A DNA stretch of 64,000 nucleotides, from positions 416,001-480,000 of the forward strand of contig CAWJCS010000006.1 in assembly GCA_963841435.1 (NCBI GenBank), in the 5' to 3' direction. This document shows, one piece after another, positions 42,839 through 52,689 of this stretch. The DNA comes from an uncultured delta proteobacterium (GTDB lineage Bacteria > Myxococcota_A > Polyangia > Polyangiales > Polyangiaceae). Made by a program: the position numbers and the translations under genes. The notes under the pieces were generated by a model. It searched no databases and had not been told where the DNA came from. It saw nothing but the letters and a program-made list of their open reading frames with translations. Within the stretch, counting starts at the first letter, position 1, and every line of letters starts with the position of its first letter.

Positions 42839-43684
42839 TCATACGCTGAGGTCCAAGAACGCCTCGAGGCCAGGTAGCCGACGCTCGGCTGCCGCGAAAA
42901 GGCTCGCACTGACGAGCGCCGAGGCGGCGTGCTGTCCCAGCAGCCGAAACAGCTCGTAATCGACCGCGTCGAAACGCGTCTTTTGCGACAGTGTCGAGAA
43001 GATGGCGATCACGCCGACGACGCGCTCGTCGACCGCCAGGGGAATCACCGCGGCGGGCCGCTCGATGCCGCCCTGGCTCGGGTCGGCCGTTTCCTCCACC
43101 CGCGCCTCACCGCTGCGCAACACTTCACCGAGGGGTGAGCCTTCCGAGGGCACCGGCAGGAGCTCGCCGCCCGGCACGCCCTCGGAGGCTATCGGCACGA
43201 GCTCGGTGCCGTCGGGGTTCGCGAGATACACCGAGTAGCGCTCCGCGCCGACGAGCTGTGCCAGCACTTCCTTGATGCGGCGCGTGACCCCGCGCGGCGA
43301 CAGACTCGAGTGGAGCTGGTTGGAAGCGACATACAGGTTCGCGAGGTTGCTGAATTCACTCTCGACTTCCTGCACGCGCGTCGTGAACTGGCTCGACAGG
43401 GCCTCGGCCCTGTTGGTGCGCGACAAAAGCTCGCTCTTTTCCGCTTCGAGCTTCTCGATCTTCTCGAGCAGTTCGCGCACGGCGCGGTCGGCGGCAACCT
43501 GAGCCTTGAGGTTGGCGTTCTCGCCCTCGAGCGCGTGGAGTCGTGCGACGAGGCGGTCGTAGTCTTGCGTGACCTCGTCGGTCAGCGAGCCACGCGTGAA
43601 GCTCTTCACGAATCGTTCGCGCTCGGACTTGAGATCCGGGGGCGGCGAGTTGCTGTCGCTTCCGGGCGGCGGTTGCTTCGGCAT
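42839..43684 (-). CDS. Coiled-coil + GAF domain protein
   Basis: Heptad region, NLANLYVASNQLHSSL, VIPLAVDERVVGVIAIF, LLGQHAASAL. Confidence 0.85.
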   Translation of the reverse strand: MPKQPPPGSDSNSPPPDLKSERERFVKSFTRGSLTDEVTQDYDRLVARLHALEGENANLKAQVAADRAVRELLEKIEKLEAEKSELLSRTNRAEALSSQFTTRVQEVESEFSNLANLYVASNQLHSSLSPRGVTRRIKEVLAQLVGAERYSVYLANPDGTELVPIASEGVPGGELLPVPSEGSPLGEVLRSGEARVEETADPSQGGIERPAAVIPLAVDERVVGVIAIFSTLSQKTRFDAVDYELFRLLGQHAASALVSASLFAAAERRLPGLEAFLDLSV

Positions 43685-43816
43685 GGGTCGGCGCGCCCGG
43701 AGCACCGACTCCAGGGCTACTCCCCAGTATAGATCAGCCAGGCGATGGCGAGCGGAACGCGCGGCCGGTCGGTCGGCGATGCCCGTTCCGGGGACCGAAG
43801 TCGGAGGTAGGATACG

Positions 43817-44197
43817 GTGCGCGTTGCAGCGCGCGTGCTCGAGGGGCTTCCAATGCGGCGGGAGGCGCCTATGCTGGTGGGTGGATGCCGGAAGCGGACA
43901 GCACCCCCGAGGCCGTCGAACGCATTGCTCGAGGCGGGCAAGCTGGATGAAGCACGCACCCGCCTCTCGCAGACGTCGTCAGCGGACGAAAGCTATGCCG
44001 TCGTGCGCGTGAAACTCGGGCTGCTCGACGGGTCGATGCCCGCGGGCGCCGCGCAGCAAGCGCTCATCCGCTTGATGCGGCGTGACGCGGAGTGGCCCGG
44101 CGCCAAGGAGCTTTATCACAAGGCGTCGGCCGCGGCGTACACGGGCGGGCAGTCGTCCGCCTCGCACTCGCATCCGCCGCCGCCCGTGCGAAAGTAG
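43817..44197 (+). CDS. Small hypothetical helical protein (start uncertain)
   Basis: Protein-like segment LLEAGKLDEARTRL...WPGAKELY..SSASHSHPP; N-terminus may be frameshifted. Confidence 0.5.
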   Translation: MRVAARVLEGLPMRREAPMLVGGCRKRTAPPRPSNALLEAGKLDEARTRLSQTSSADESYAVVRVKLGLLDGSMPAGAAQQALIRLMRRDAEWPGAKELYHKASAAAYTGGQSSASHSHPPPPVRK

Positions 44198-44237
44198 GCG
44201 CCGCCCGGGAGGTGCAGAGAGGACGGCGCGCGTCGCT

Positions 44238-45284
44238 TCAGGCCAGCGTGAGCCACGTCGCGAGCTCACCCGTGACGAGGCGCGGCGCCTCGCGCAGCGC
44301 CGCGAGATCCTTCGCTCCCACGAGGAGCATCGCCGCGCGGAGCTCCGCTTCGACGCGATCGAAGAAGGCGAGCGCGCCGTCGCGTCCTCCATTCTCGACC
44401 GCCTGGAGCGCCGCCCGCGCGATCCCTCCGACGCTTGCGCCGAGCGCGATGGCCTTGGCGATCGTCAGCCCGTCGGAGACGCCGCCCGTGGCGAACACCG
44501 TCTGGAAGCCGTGCCGGGCCATGAACGCCACGCTCGCCGCCGTCGGGATGCCCCAATCACGGAACGTTTCCCCGAGGCCGCGCTCGGGACCCTCGGCGCG
44601 GTGCATTTCCACGGCAACCCAGCTGGTCCCCCCGGCGCCCGAGACGTCAACGTGCCGGATGCCCGCGCCGACGAGCCTTCGCGCGACGCTGGGCGAGAGC
44701 CCCGAGCCGGTCTCCTTCGCGATCACGGGGACGCCGAGCTCGCGCGCGAGGCGCTCGAGCGTCGCGAGCGCGCCACGAAAATCGCGATCTCCCTCGCGCT
44801 GTATGAGCTCCATGGCGGGGTTCAGGTGCACGCAGAGCGCGTCGGCGCCCACCACCCGCACGAGCTTTTCGATCTCGCTCGTCGAAAGCTCGCGTGCCTG
44901 CACGACGCCAATGTTGCCGAGCAAGAGCACGTTGGGCGCGACATCGCGTACGGCGTAGGTCGGTAGAACGGCGGGGTTCTTGAGCAACGCGCGCTGGCTC
45001 CCGAGACCGAAGGCATAGCCACGCTCGTCCGCAATCCTCGAAAGCTCGCGGTTGATGCGTTGAGCGCGTTCGGTGCCACCCGTCATGCCCGCGATGAGGA
45101 TCGGTGCGGCGAGCTTCTTGCCGAGCACTTCGAGAGTCGTGTCGACTCCTTGGAGATCGAGCTCGGGGAGCGAATCGTGGACGAGCTCGACGCACTCGAA
45201 GAGCGTCGTCCGCCGCAAGAAGCCCACGTCTCCCGACCGGGCAAGCTCGATGTGGTCGGCTTTGCGCGCCGAGATGTCCGCCAT
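44238..45284 (-). CDS. fni: Type 2 isopentenyl-diphosphate isomerase
   Basis: RKADHI, IAGMTGG, GLGSQR, HLNPAME, KETGSG, DVSGAGGTSW, DWGIPT. Confidence 0.95.
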   Translation of the reverse strand: MADISARKADHIELARSGDVGFLRRTTLFECVELVHDSLPELDLQGVDTTLEVLGKKLAAPILIAGMTGGTERAQRINRELSRIADERGYAFGLGSQRALLKNPAVLPTYAVRDVAPNVLLLGNIGVVQARELSTSEIEKLVRVVGADALCVHLNPAMELIQREGDRDFRGALATLERLARELGVPVIAKETGSGLSPSVARRLVGAGIRHVDVSGAGGTSWVAVEMHRAEGPERGLGETFRDWGIPTAASVAFMARHGFQTVFATGGVSDGLTIAKAIALGASVGGIARAALQAVENGGRDGALAFFDRVEAELRAAMLLVGAKDLAALREAPRLVTGELATWLTLA

Positions 45285-45385
45285 GACCCCGCGCTACATA
45301 CCATCTCGCTCGGCGGCCGCCGGGCGGCTCGTGCCCCGAGGGGCCACTCGGGCGATAGGAAGGCGTGCTAGGCTCGCGCCGAAAA

Positions 45386-46486
45386 ATGCGAGTGCGTACC
45401 GACAGTTCGAGACGCAGGCGACGCCGCCGGCCGGGAGCGCCGAAGGCCATCGTCCCGAACCCCTTTCTCGCGCTCCTGCCGACGGTGAAGCGGGACCTCG
45501 ACGCGCGGCTCGAGGCCTTCTTCGACGACAAGCTCGAAGCGGTGTCGTCGCACGGCGGCGAGGTTTCGGCGATGCTCGCGGCGCTCATGCGGCTCGCGCT
45601 CCGCGGCGGCAAGCGTATCCGACCCGCGCTCTCGTTCGTGGGCTACCGCGTGGCGAGCCCGCGCGGCTCCGCGGAGGTCGCCCTCGACGCCGGGCTCGCG
45701 CTCGAGCTCTTGCACACGTACATGCTGGTCCACGACGACTGGATGGACGGCGACGTGATGCGCCGCGGTGGGCCCACGGTGCACGCCGAGCTCGCGCGAC
45801 GCTTTCGCGACGAGCATCGCGGTCACTCGGCCGCCATTCTGGCGGGCGATTTCGCGGTCGGGCTCGCCGCGGAGGCGATGGCGGCCGTCACCATTCCGGA
45901 GGGTCGCGTGGGGCCCGTGCTCGAGTGCTTCGCGCGCATGCAGCAAGACGCCGTGCTCGGCCAGGTGCTCGACGTCGCGGGTCGCGGTTACGACCCCGAG
46001 GTCGCCTATTCGCTCAAGACCGGCAGCTACACCGTGCGCGGCCCGCTCAGGCTCGGCGCGCTGCTCGGCAAGGCGCCCGCGCCGCTGCTCCGCGCGCTCG
46101 ACCGCTATGCGACGCCCGTGGGGATCGCCTTCCAGCTCGCCGACGACTTGCTGAGCGCGTTCGGTACGCCCGGCGCCACGGGCAAGGCGCTCGGCAACGA
46201 CCTTCGCGCCGGCAAGCGCACGCCGCTCGTGCTCGCCGGCCTGCGCCGTGCGCGCGGGCGTGATCTCAGGGTGCTCAAGGCCGCCTACGGAAAACCCGAT
46301 GCCAGCGACACCGCGGTGGCTCGAGCGCTCGAGGTGCTCGACCGCTCGGGCGCGCGGCAACTCGTGGAACGTCGCGTGGAGGAGCTCGTCGTGGTCGCCC
46401 TCGCCGCGCTCGGGCCGAGCTTTCCAGCCCAGGGGCGCGAGCTGCTCGAGGGGGCAGCGCTGGCGCTCACGTCGCGCCGCCGCTGA
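45386..46486 (+). CDS. Polyprenyl diphosphate synthase (GGPPS-like)
   Basis: GGKRIRP, LVHDDWMDGDVMRRG, KTGSY, FQLADDLL, DLRAGKRT. Confidence 0.92.
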   Translation: MRVRTDSSRRRRRRRPGAPKAIVPNPFLALLPTVKRDLDARLEAFFDDKLEAVSSHGGEVSAMLAALMRLALRGGKRIRPALSFVGYRVASPRGSAEVALDAGLALELLHTYMLVHDDWMDGDVMRRGGPTVHAELARRFRDEHRGHSAAILAGDFAVGLAAEAMAAVTIPEGRVGPVLECFARMQQDAVLGQVLDVAGRGYDPEVAYSLKTGSYTVRGPLRLGALLGKAPAPLLRALDRYATPVGIAFQLADDLLSAFGTPGATGKALGNDLRAGKRTPLVLAGLRRARGRDLRVLKAAYGKPDASDTAVARALEVLDRSGARQLVERRVEELVVVALAALGPSFPAQGRELLEGAALALTSRRR

Positions 46487-46491
46487 GCGCG

Positions 46492-47430
46492 ATGGCTCGG
46501 GCGTACGGCAAGGTGATCCTGCTCGGCGAGCACGCCGTGGTGTACGGCGCGCCCGCGCTCGCCGCGGCGCTCGAGCTCGGCGCCGTGGCCCGCGCCGTGC
46601 CTGCGACCACCGCATCGCTGACGCTCGGCGGGCGCTCGATCGCGCTCGGCGGCGACCTGGCCGCGCAGCCCGAGGAACACGACCTCGCGCGCGGCTTCGC
46701 CGCCCTGCTCGGGGCGCTCGGCGTGCCGCCCCTCGCCGTCACGGCCGAGCTCGAGCTGCCGCCCGGCGCCGGGCTCGGTGCTTCGGCGGCGCTCGGCGTC
46801 GCCATGGCGCGCGCGGCGCTCGAGGCCGTGGAGCCCGGGCTCGATCTCGCGAGCGCCGGCGCGCGCGAGCGGGTGCTCGCCGCCGCCGCGGCCTGGGAGG
46901 GTGTCTTCCACGGCAACCCCTCCGGCGTCGATGCCGCGGCGGCCGAGGGGGGCGGCTGCATCCACTTCATGCGCGGCGAGGGTCCGACGCCCGTGCCAGT
47001 GGCGCGGCTTTTGCCGCTCGTCGTTGCCATCGCGGGCCCGCCCGCGAGCACGCGCGAGATGGTCGCGAACGTGGCGCGCCTGTTCGAGCGGCGTCCCGAG
47101 GTGGCGGGAAAGACAATCGAGGGTATCCGCCTACTCGTCCGAAATGCGAGGCTCTGCATCGAGGCGGGCGACCTGCCCGGCCTCGGCAAGCTCATGGATC
47201 TGAACCAGATGCTGCTCGCCGGGCTGATGCTCTCCACGGAGCCTATCGAACGGGCGTGCGCGGCCGCGCGGCAGGCGGGCGCGCTCGGCGCGAAGCTCAC
47301 GGGTGCCGGCGGGGGCGGGGCCGTCGTTGCGCTCGCCGACCTCGATCCCGAGCCCGTGCTCGCGGCGTTCCGCGACGAGGGCTTCGTCTGCTTCGCGACG
47401 AACGTCCCCGCGACGGGGGCCTCGCGATGA
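46492..47430 (+). CDS. mvk: Mevalonate kinase
   Basis: GKVILLGEHAVVYG, PPGAGLGASAA, HGNPSGVD, GAKLTGAGGGG. Confidence 0.94.
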   Translation: MARAYGKVILLGEHAVVYGAPALAAALELGAVARAVPATTASLTLGGRSIALGGDLAAQPEEHDLARGFAALLGALGVPPLAVTAELELPPGAGLGASAALGVAMARAALEAVEPGLDLASAGARERVLAAAAAWEGVFHGNPSGVDAAAAEGGGCIHFMRGEGPTPVPVARLLPLVVAIAGPPASTREMVANVARLFERRPEVAGKTIEGIRLLVRNARLCIEAGDLPGLGKLMDLNQMLLAGLMLSTEPIERACAAARQAGALGAKLTGAGGGGAVVALADLDPEPVLAAFRDEGFVCFATNVPATGASR

Positions 47431-48446
47431 CGTCCGCTCCAGCCTCCTCGCGCTCCGGCTCCGCGCCGAGCGGCTCCGGCGCGGTCGTCGCCGTGGCGCA
47501 CGCGAACATCGCGCTCGCGAAGTACTGGGGCAAGGCGGACGACGCGAACAACATCCCCGCGGTACCGAGCCTGTCGCTCACGCTCGGTGCGCTGACCACC
47601 CGCACGCGTGTCGACCTCGACGCTCGCCTCGCCGAGGACGCCGTCGTGCTCGACGCCATCGCGGCGACGGGCCGCGCCCGCGAGCGCGTGGTGGCCATGC
47701 TGGACGCACTCAGAGCTCGGGTGCGCTCCACCGTTCGCGCGCGCGTCTCGTCGTCCAACGACTTTCCAACGGCCGCCGGGCTCGCGTCGAGCGCCTCCGG
47801 TTTCGCGGCGCTCGCGCTCGCCGCCTCCAACGCCTACGGGCTCGCGCTCGACGAGAGCGAGCTCAGCGCGCTCGCGCGCCGGGCGTCGGCGTCGGCGGCG
47901 CGCTCGGTGCTCGGTGGCTACGTCGAGCTCCGGCAGGGCGCTCAGGCCGCCGAACGTCTGCTCCCCGGCTCGGAGCTGCCGCTCGTCATGCTCGTCGCCG
48001 TCACGGTGCGCGGCAAGAAGAGCGTCGGCTCGACGGAGGGCATGCGGCACACGCGCGCGACGAGCCCTTACTACGCGGCCTGGCTCGAACAGGCTCCCGC
48101 CATCTACGAGCGCGTGCGCGCCGGTGTGCTCGCGCGCGACCTCGAAGCGATCGGCACGGCGATGGAGGAGAGCGCGCTGACGATGCACGCGTCGATGCTC
48201 GCTGCGCGCCCTGCGATCGTCTACTTCGCGCCGGCGACGCTCGCGGCGATGGAAGCGGTGCGTACGCTTCGCCGGGCAGGCACACTCGCCTATTTCACGA
48301 TGGATGCCGGACCGCACGTGAAGGTCCTCACACGCTCCGAAAGCGCCGACGCCGTCGAGCGCGCGCTCGCGGCCGTGCCCGGCGTCTCGAGCGTGCTTCG
48401 GAGCGGCCCGGGAGGCGACGCGCGGCTGGAGCCCGAGGGCGGCTGA
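47427..48446 (+). CDS. mvaD: Diphosphomevalonate decarboxylase
   Basis: HANIALAKYWGK, FPTAAGLASSASGFAAL, FTMDAGPHVKV; ATGA overlap with mvk. Confidence 0.95.
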   Translation: MTSAPASSRSGSAPSGSGAVVAVAHANIALAKYWGKADDANNIPAVPSLSLTLGALTTRTRVDLDARLAEDAVVLDAIAATGRARERVVAMLDALRARVRSTVRARVSSSNDFPTAAGLASSASGFAALALAASNAYGLALDESELSALARRASASAARSVLGGYVELRQGAQAAERLLPGSELPLVMLVAVTVRGKKSVGSTEGMRHTRATSPYYAAWLEQAPAIYERVRAGVLARDLEAIGTAMEESALTMHASMLAARPAIVYFAPATLAAMEAVRTLRRAGTLAYFTMDAGPHVKVLTRSESADAVERALAAVPGVSSVLRSGPGGDARLEPEGG

Positions 48447-49399
48447 TGCTCGTGCGGGCACCGGGTAAGCTCGTCCTTTCGGGAGCCTACGCGGTCCTCT
48501 CCGGCGCCCCGGCCGTCGTCACGGCGGTCGATCGCTTCGTCGTCGCCGACGCGGCGCGTCCTGCCGAGCGCGTGACCCCCGAAGTGCGCGCCGCGCTCGG
48601 CGACGCCGTCGCACCCTGGTTCTCTGCCGACGAGCTGCGCGAAGGCGACCAGAAGCTCGGCCTCGGCTCGAGCGCCGCCATCCTCGTTGCGAGCCTCGCG
48701 GCGCGCGTGGTGCTCGAGCGCGGCCCGCTCGTCGAGCCCGAGCTCGGCCGCTCGGTGCTCGCAGCCGCGCTCGCTGCGCACGCCGCAGCCCAGGGGGGCG
48801 GCAGCGGCGTCGACGTCGCTGCGTCAGCGCTCGGCGGGACGCTTTTGTACCGGCGTGCAGCGCCGGACGGCGCGTCACGGCACGGCACGGCGCCGGAAAC
48901 GGCGCCGCCGGCCGGGCCGAGCGTCGAGCCCGTCGTCCTTCCGGCGGGGCTCGTGCTCGAGGCGTGGTGGAGCGGCGCTGCTGCCGTCACCTCCGAGCTC
49001 GTCGGTCGCGTGGCGGCTCTCGGCTCGCGCGAGCCCGGCACGCACGCCCGTCTGCTCGGCGCTCAGACCGAAGCCGCGCTCGCCGCCGCACAGGCGCTTC
49101 GCGACGGCGACGACGCGGCGTTCATTCGCTCGCTCGTCGCGCAGGGCCGTGCTCTCCGGGCGCTCGGCGAGGCCGCGGGCGCGCCCATCGTCACCCTTGC
49201 CGCCCGGGAGCTCGGCGAAGCCGCGGAGCGAGACGGCGGCGCCGTGCTTCCTGCGGGCGCTGGTGGTGGCGACATCGTCGTCTACTTCGGCCCCCGCGCC
49301 TCCTCGGCCGAGGTTCGAGCGGTCGCCGCGCGTCACCGTCACCGCCTGCTGTCGCTCGCCGTGGGCGCGCGCGGGGCGCACGTCTGGCCGGACGGCTGA
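48446..49399 (+). CDS. Phosphomevalonate kinase
   Basis: APGKLVLSGAYAVL, KLGLGSSAA, QGGGSGVDVAAS, GAGGGD; operon context. Confidence 0.85.
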   Translation: MLVRAPGKLVLSGAYAVLSGAPAVVTAVDRFVVADAARPAERVTPEVRAALGDAVAPWFSADELREGDQKLGLGSSAAILVASLAARVVLERGPLVEPELGRSVLAAALAAHAAAQGGGSGVDVAASALGGTLLYRRAAPDGASRHGTAPETAPPAGPSVEPVVLPAGLVLEAWWSGAAAVTSELVGRVAALGSREPGTHARLLGAQTEAALAAAQALRDGDDAAFIRSLVAQGRALRALGEAAGAPIVTLAARELGEAAERDGGAVLPAGAGGGDIVVYFGPRASSAEVRAVAARHRHRLLSLAVGARGAHVWPDG

Positions 49400-49422
49400 A
49401 AAGGGGCTAAAGCGGCAGGTCG

Positions 49423-50844
49423 ATGAGCGGCGGCTCGCGCATTCCCGGCTTCTACCGGCTCTCGATCCACGAGCGGCGCGCGCTCGTCGCAGAGCGCTCC
49501 GGGGTTCCCGTGGCGGAGCTCGAGGCGGCGCTCCACGGCGGGGGCATGGATCCGGACAAGGCCGACAAGGTCGTCGAGAACGTGCTCGGGACCTACGGCC
49601 TGCCGTTCGGCGTGGCCCTCAACGTGCGCGTGAACGGCCGCGATCACCTCGTGCCCATGGTCGTCGAGGAGCCGAGCGTCATCGCGGCGGCGTCGAACGC
49701 TGCGCGCATGGTGCGGGCGAGCGGCGGGTTCACGGCCGAGGTGACCGAAGCGCTCATGACCGGGCAGGTGCAGCTCGTCGACGTCCCGTCGCCCGCGGCG
49801 GCCTGCGCGCGGCTCGTGCACGAAACGCCCCGGCTCATGGAGATCGCGCGCGCGGCCGTGCCGAACCTCGTGTCGCGCGGAGGCGGACCGCGCGAGATCG
49901 AGGTGCGCGACCTCGGGGCAGGTTGTCTCGTCCTGCACGTCTACGTCGATTGCCGCGACGCCATGGGCGCGAACCTCGTCAACGCCATCGCGGAAGCCAT
50001 CGGCCCCGTCGCCGCCGAGCTCGCCCACGCCACGCTGGGGCTGCGCATCCTCTCGAACCTTTGCGATCGCCGCCGTGTTCGCGTGCACTGCCGCGTCCAC
50101 CCGCGCGACCTCGGCCTCTCGTCGCGCTCGTCCGAGCGACCGAGCGACCGCGTCCGCGACGCGAGCTCCGTACCGCCGCCGCCCGACACGCCCGGCGTCG
50201 AAGCCCCCGCGTACGGCGCGCCGATCACGCCGGCGCCCACGCGGCCGAGCCGCCCACCGCTGGGCGCGGCGGACTTCGTCGACGGTTCCGTCGTCGCCGA
50301 CCGCATCGTGCTCGCGTCGCGCTTCGCCGAGGTCGATCCGTACCGCGCCGCCACTCACAACAAGGGCGTCATGAACGGCGTCGACGCCGTCGTGCTCGCG
50401 AGCGGCAACGACTTTCGCGCCGTCGAAGCGGGCGCCCACGCGTACGCCGCGCGCTCCGGTCGCTACGCCCCGCTCGCCGTCTGGCGCCGCGACGGCGACG
50501 ACCTCGTCGGCGAGCTCGAAATGCCGCTCGCGCTCGGTATCGTCGGCGGCACGCTGCGCGTTCACCCGGTGGCCCAGACCTCGCTCAAGCTCATGGGCGT
50601 CAAGACCGCCGACGAGCTTGCCATGGTGGCCGCGAGCGTCGGCGTGGCCTCGAACCTCGCGGCGCTGCGCGCCCTTGCCACCGAAGGCATCCAGCGCGGC
50701 CACATGTCCCTGCACGCCCGCTCCGTCGCCGTCGCCGCCGGCGCCCTCGGCGACGAGGTCGAGCGCGTCGCCCTCGCCATCTGCGAGCGAGGAGCCATCA
50801 CCCTCGAAGCCGCCGAAGCCGTCCTCGAAACCCTGCGCATCTAG
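49423..50844 (+). CDS. mvaA: Class II HMG-CoA reductase
   Basis: VENVLG, EEPSVIAAAS, DAMGAN, RILSNL, RAATHNKGVMNG, GNDFRAVEA, EGIQRGHMSLH. Confidence 0.95.
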   Translation: MSGGSRIPGFYRLSIHERRALVAERSGVPVAELEAALHGGGMDPDKADKVVENVLGTYGLPFGVALNVRVNGRDHLVPMVVEEPSVIAAASNAARMVRASGGFTAEVTEALMTGQVQLVDVPSPAAACARLVHETPRLMEIARAAVPNLVSRGGGPREIEVRDLGAGCLVLHVYVDCRDAMGANLVNAIAEAIGPVAAELAHATLGLRILSNLCDRRRVRVHCRVHPRDLGLSSRSSERPSDRVRDASSVPPPPDTPGVEAPAYGAPITPAPTRPSRPPLGAADFVDGSVVADRIVLASRFAEVDPYRAATHNKGVMNGVDAVVLASGNDFRAVEAGAHAYAARSGRYAPLAVWRRDGDDLVGELEMPLALGIVGGTLRVHPVAQTSLKLMGVKTADELAMVAASVGVASNLAALRALATEGIQRGHMSLHARSVAVAAGALGDEVERVALAICERGAITLEAAEAVLETLRI

Positions 50845-50899
50845 CGTCCGCGGTTCGCCTCGCTCCCCCGCACGCAACGGTTCGCGACCGCAGCCGTCG

Positions 50900-51116
50900 T
50901 TGCCCGTCGTCCGTCGTCGCCCGTCGTTGCCTATCGCCCTCCGCGGTCGCTCGTCGTCGCCCGTCGCCCGTCGCCCGTCGCCGCCCGCGGTCGCCCGTCG
51001 CCCGTCGCCGCCCGCGGTCGCCCGTCGCCCGTCGCCGCCCGCGGTCGCCCGTCGCCCGTCGCCCGTCGCCCGTCGCCCGTCGCCCGTCGCCCGTCGCCCG
51101 TCGCCCGTCGCCCGTC
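50900..51116. repeat. Heptamer (CGCCCGT) microsatellite with three 27-bp higher-order units
   Basis: 10 perfect CGCCCGT copies at 51046-51115; CGCGGTCG recurs at 50986, 51013 and 51040. Confidence 0.9.
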
Positions 51117-51156
51117 CGGCCCCACCCGTCCACCACCACTTGCGGGCGCACATCGC

Positions 51157-51561
51157 AGCGTCGCGCCAGCGTCCGTCCACGGACCGAGCGTCGCGCCAGC
51201 GTCCGTCCACGGACCGAGCGTCGCGCCAGCGTCCGTCCACGGACCGAGCGTCGCGCCAGCGTCCGTCCACGGACCGAGCGTCGCGCCAGCGTCCGTCCAC
51301 GGACCGAGCGTCGCGCCAGCGTCCGTCCACGGACCGAGCGTCGCGCCAGCGTCCGTCCACGGACCGAGCGTCGCGCCAGCGTCCGTCCACGGACCGAGCG
51401 TCGCGCCAGCGTCCGTCCACGGACCGAGCGTCGCGCCAGCGTCCGTCCACGGACCCAGCGTCGCGCCAGCGTCCGTCCACGGACCGAGCGTCGCGCCAGC
51501 GTCCGTCCACGGACCCAGCGTCGCGCCAGCGTCCGTCCACGGACCCAGCGTCGCGCCAGCG
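51157..51561. repeat. 30-bp direct tandem array, 13.5 copies, hairpin in each unit
   Basis: Unit AGCGTCGCGCCAGCGTCCGTCCACGGACC(G/C); internal inverted repeat GTCCGT-CC-ACGGAC. Confidence 0.97.
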
Positions 51562-51585
51562 CCCTCTTGCACGCAATTCATATAT

Positions 51586-52404
51586 ATGCTAATTCAAGTT
51601 GTGGTCTTCGCCAGCGCAAGAAACCGCTCGCCGGCTCGGCATCGTTCCAGCCAGCGCAAGAAGGCGTCACGCGGCGCCGAGCGCCAGCTCCCGTTGGCGT
51701 TTCGCACGTGGGGCGGCGCGCGCCGTGGCGCCGGCCGGCCGCCGAACGGCTCGAGCGCCGGCGTTTCGCACCTGGCGCGGCCTGCGCTGTCGCGTCACCA
51801 TCCCGTGCACGCCACGCTGCGGCTGCGCGCGGGTATCCCGTCGTTGCGAGGCACGGCGTTGTACGGCGCCGTGCGCGGCGCGCTTGCGGCGGGGCGCGAG
51901 CGGTTCGGCTTCCGGCTCGTGCACTACTCGGTCCAGAGCAACCACTTGCACCTCATCGTGGAAGCGGGCGACCGTCGCGCGCTGGCGCGTGGCATGCAGG
52001 GCCTCACGATCCGCATCGCCCGCGCCGTCAATCGACGGCTCGGGCGCACAGGGGGCATCTTCGGGGACCGCTATCACGCTCGTGCTCTCGGCACGCCGCG
52101 CGCCGTCCGCCACGCGCTCGCGTACGTCCTTTTGAATGCTTCCAAGCATGGTGGTGCTCGCGCGGTTCCGGCCGGCTTTTTGGACCCGTGCTCCTCCGCT
52201 GCATGGTTCGAGGGATGGAACCGCCCGAGAGCCCTGATCTTCGGCACGGAAGCGGTCGGTCGCACCGCGGGCGGCGGCGCGTCGCTGCGAGCCGCGCCGC
52301 CCGTGGTCGCGGCACGCACCTGGTTGCTCAGAGTTGGCTATCGGCGCGCGGGCCCCGTCGATCCTGACGCGATGGTTCCCGCGTCGCCACGGGCATCGCC
52401 GTAG
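51586..52404 (+). mobile_element. Y1 HUH-family tyrosine transposase (RAYT/TnpA_REP-like); start may be GTG 51601 or later
   Basis: PVHATLR, FRLVHYSVQSNHLHLIVEA (HUH), NRRLGRTGGIFGDRYHAR, ALAYVLLN (catalytic Tyr), DPCSSA; no tnpB or terminal IRs seen. Confidence 0.88.
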
Positions 52405-52512
52405 CCACTCGCAACGCCGCCCGCGTCGCCACGGGCATCGCCGTAGCCACTCGCAACGCCGCCCGCGTCGCCACGGGCATCGCCGTAGCCACTCGCAACG
52501 CCGCCCGCGTCG
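52378..52512. repeat. 42-bp direct repeat x3 (plus partial) overlapping the transposase stop codon
   Basis: CCCGCGTCGCCACGGGCATCGCCGTAGCCACTCGCAACGCCG at 52378, 52420 and 52462. Confidence 0.95.
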
Positions 52513-52587
52513 GCGCCGGCGCCCACGCGCTCGGTCGCGGCGGGTAGCCGCGCTGGCGCTTCGCTACCGGACTTCGCGGCACGTCAC

Positions 52588-52629
52588 GCCCCGCACGTCC
52601 CGCACGTCCCGCACGCCCCGCACGCCCCG
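52588..52629. repeat. 9-bp tandem repeat
   Basis: G(C/T)CCCGCAC about 4.5 copies. Confidence 0.75.
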
Positions 52630-52689
52630 GAGCCGGGCTATGCTCCGGACGATGTGCGCCCTCGCCGCAGCGTCGCGACTCCCTCGCCT

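Noticed and set aside
51157-51561. CRISPR array
   Set aside because: Units abut with no unique spacers, and there are no cas genes in the window
48687-52367. 1226-aa ORF and other ORFs crossing the arrays (49339..51576, 50931..51581, 52564..53556)
   Set aside because: Stop-free frames arise from GC-rich repeats and overlap real genes; no protein-like composition
51586-52404. Complete IS200/IS605 element
   Set aside because: No tnpB, protein is longer than IS200 TnpA and has RAYT-like motifs; element ends not identifiable
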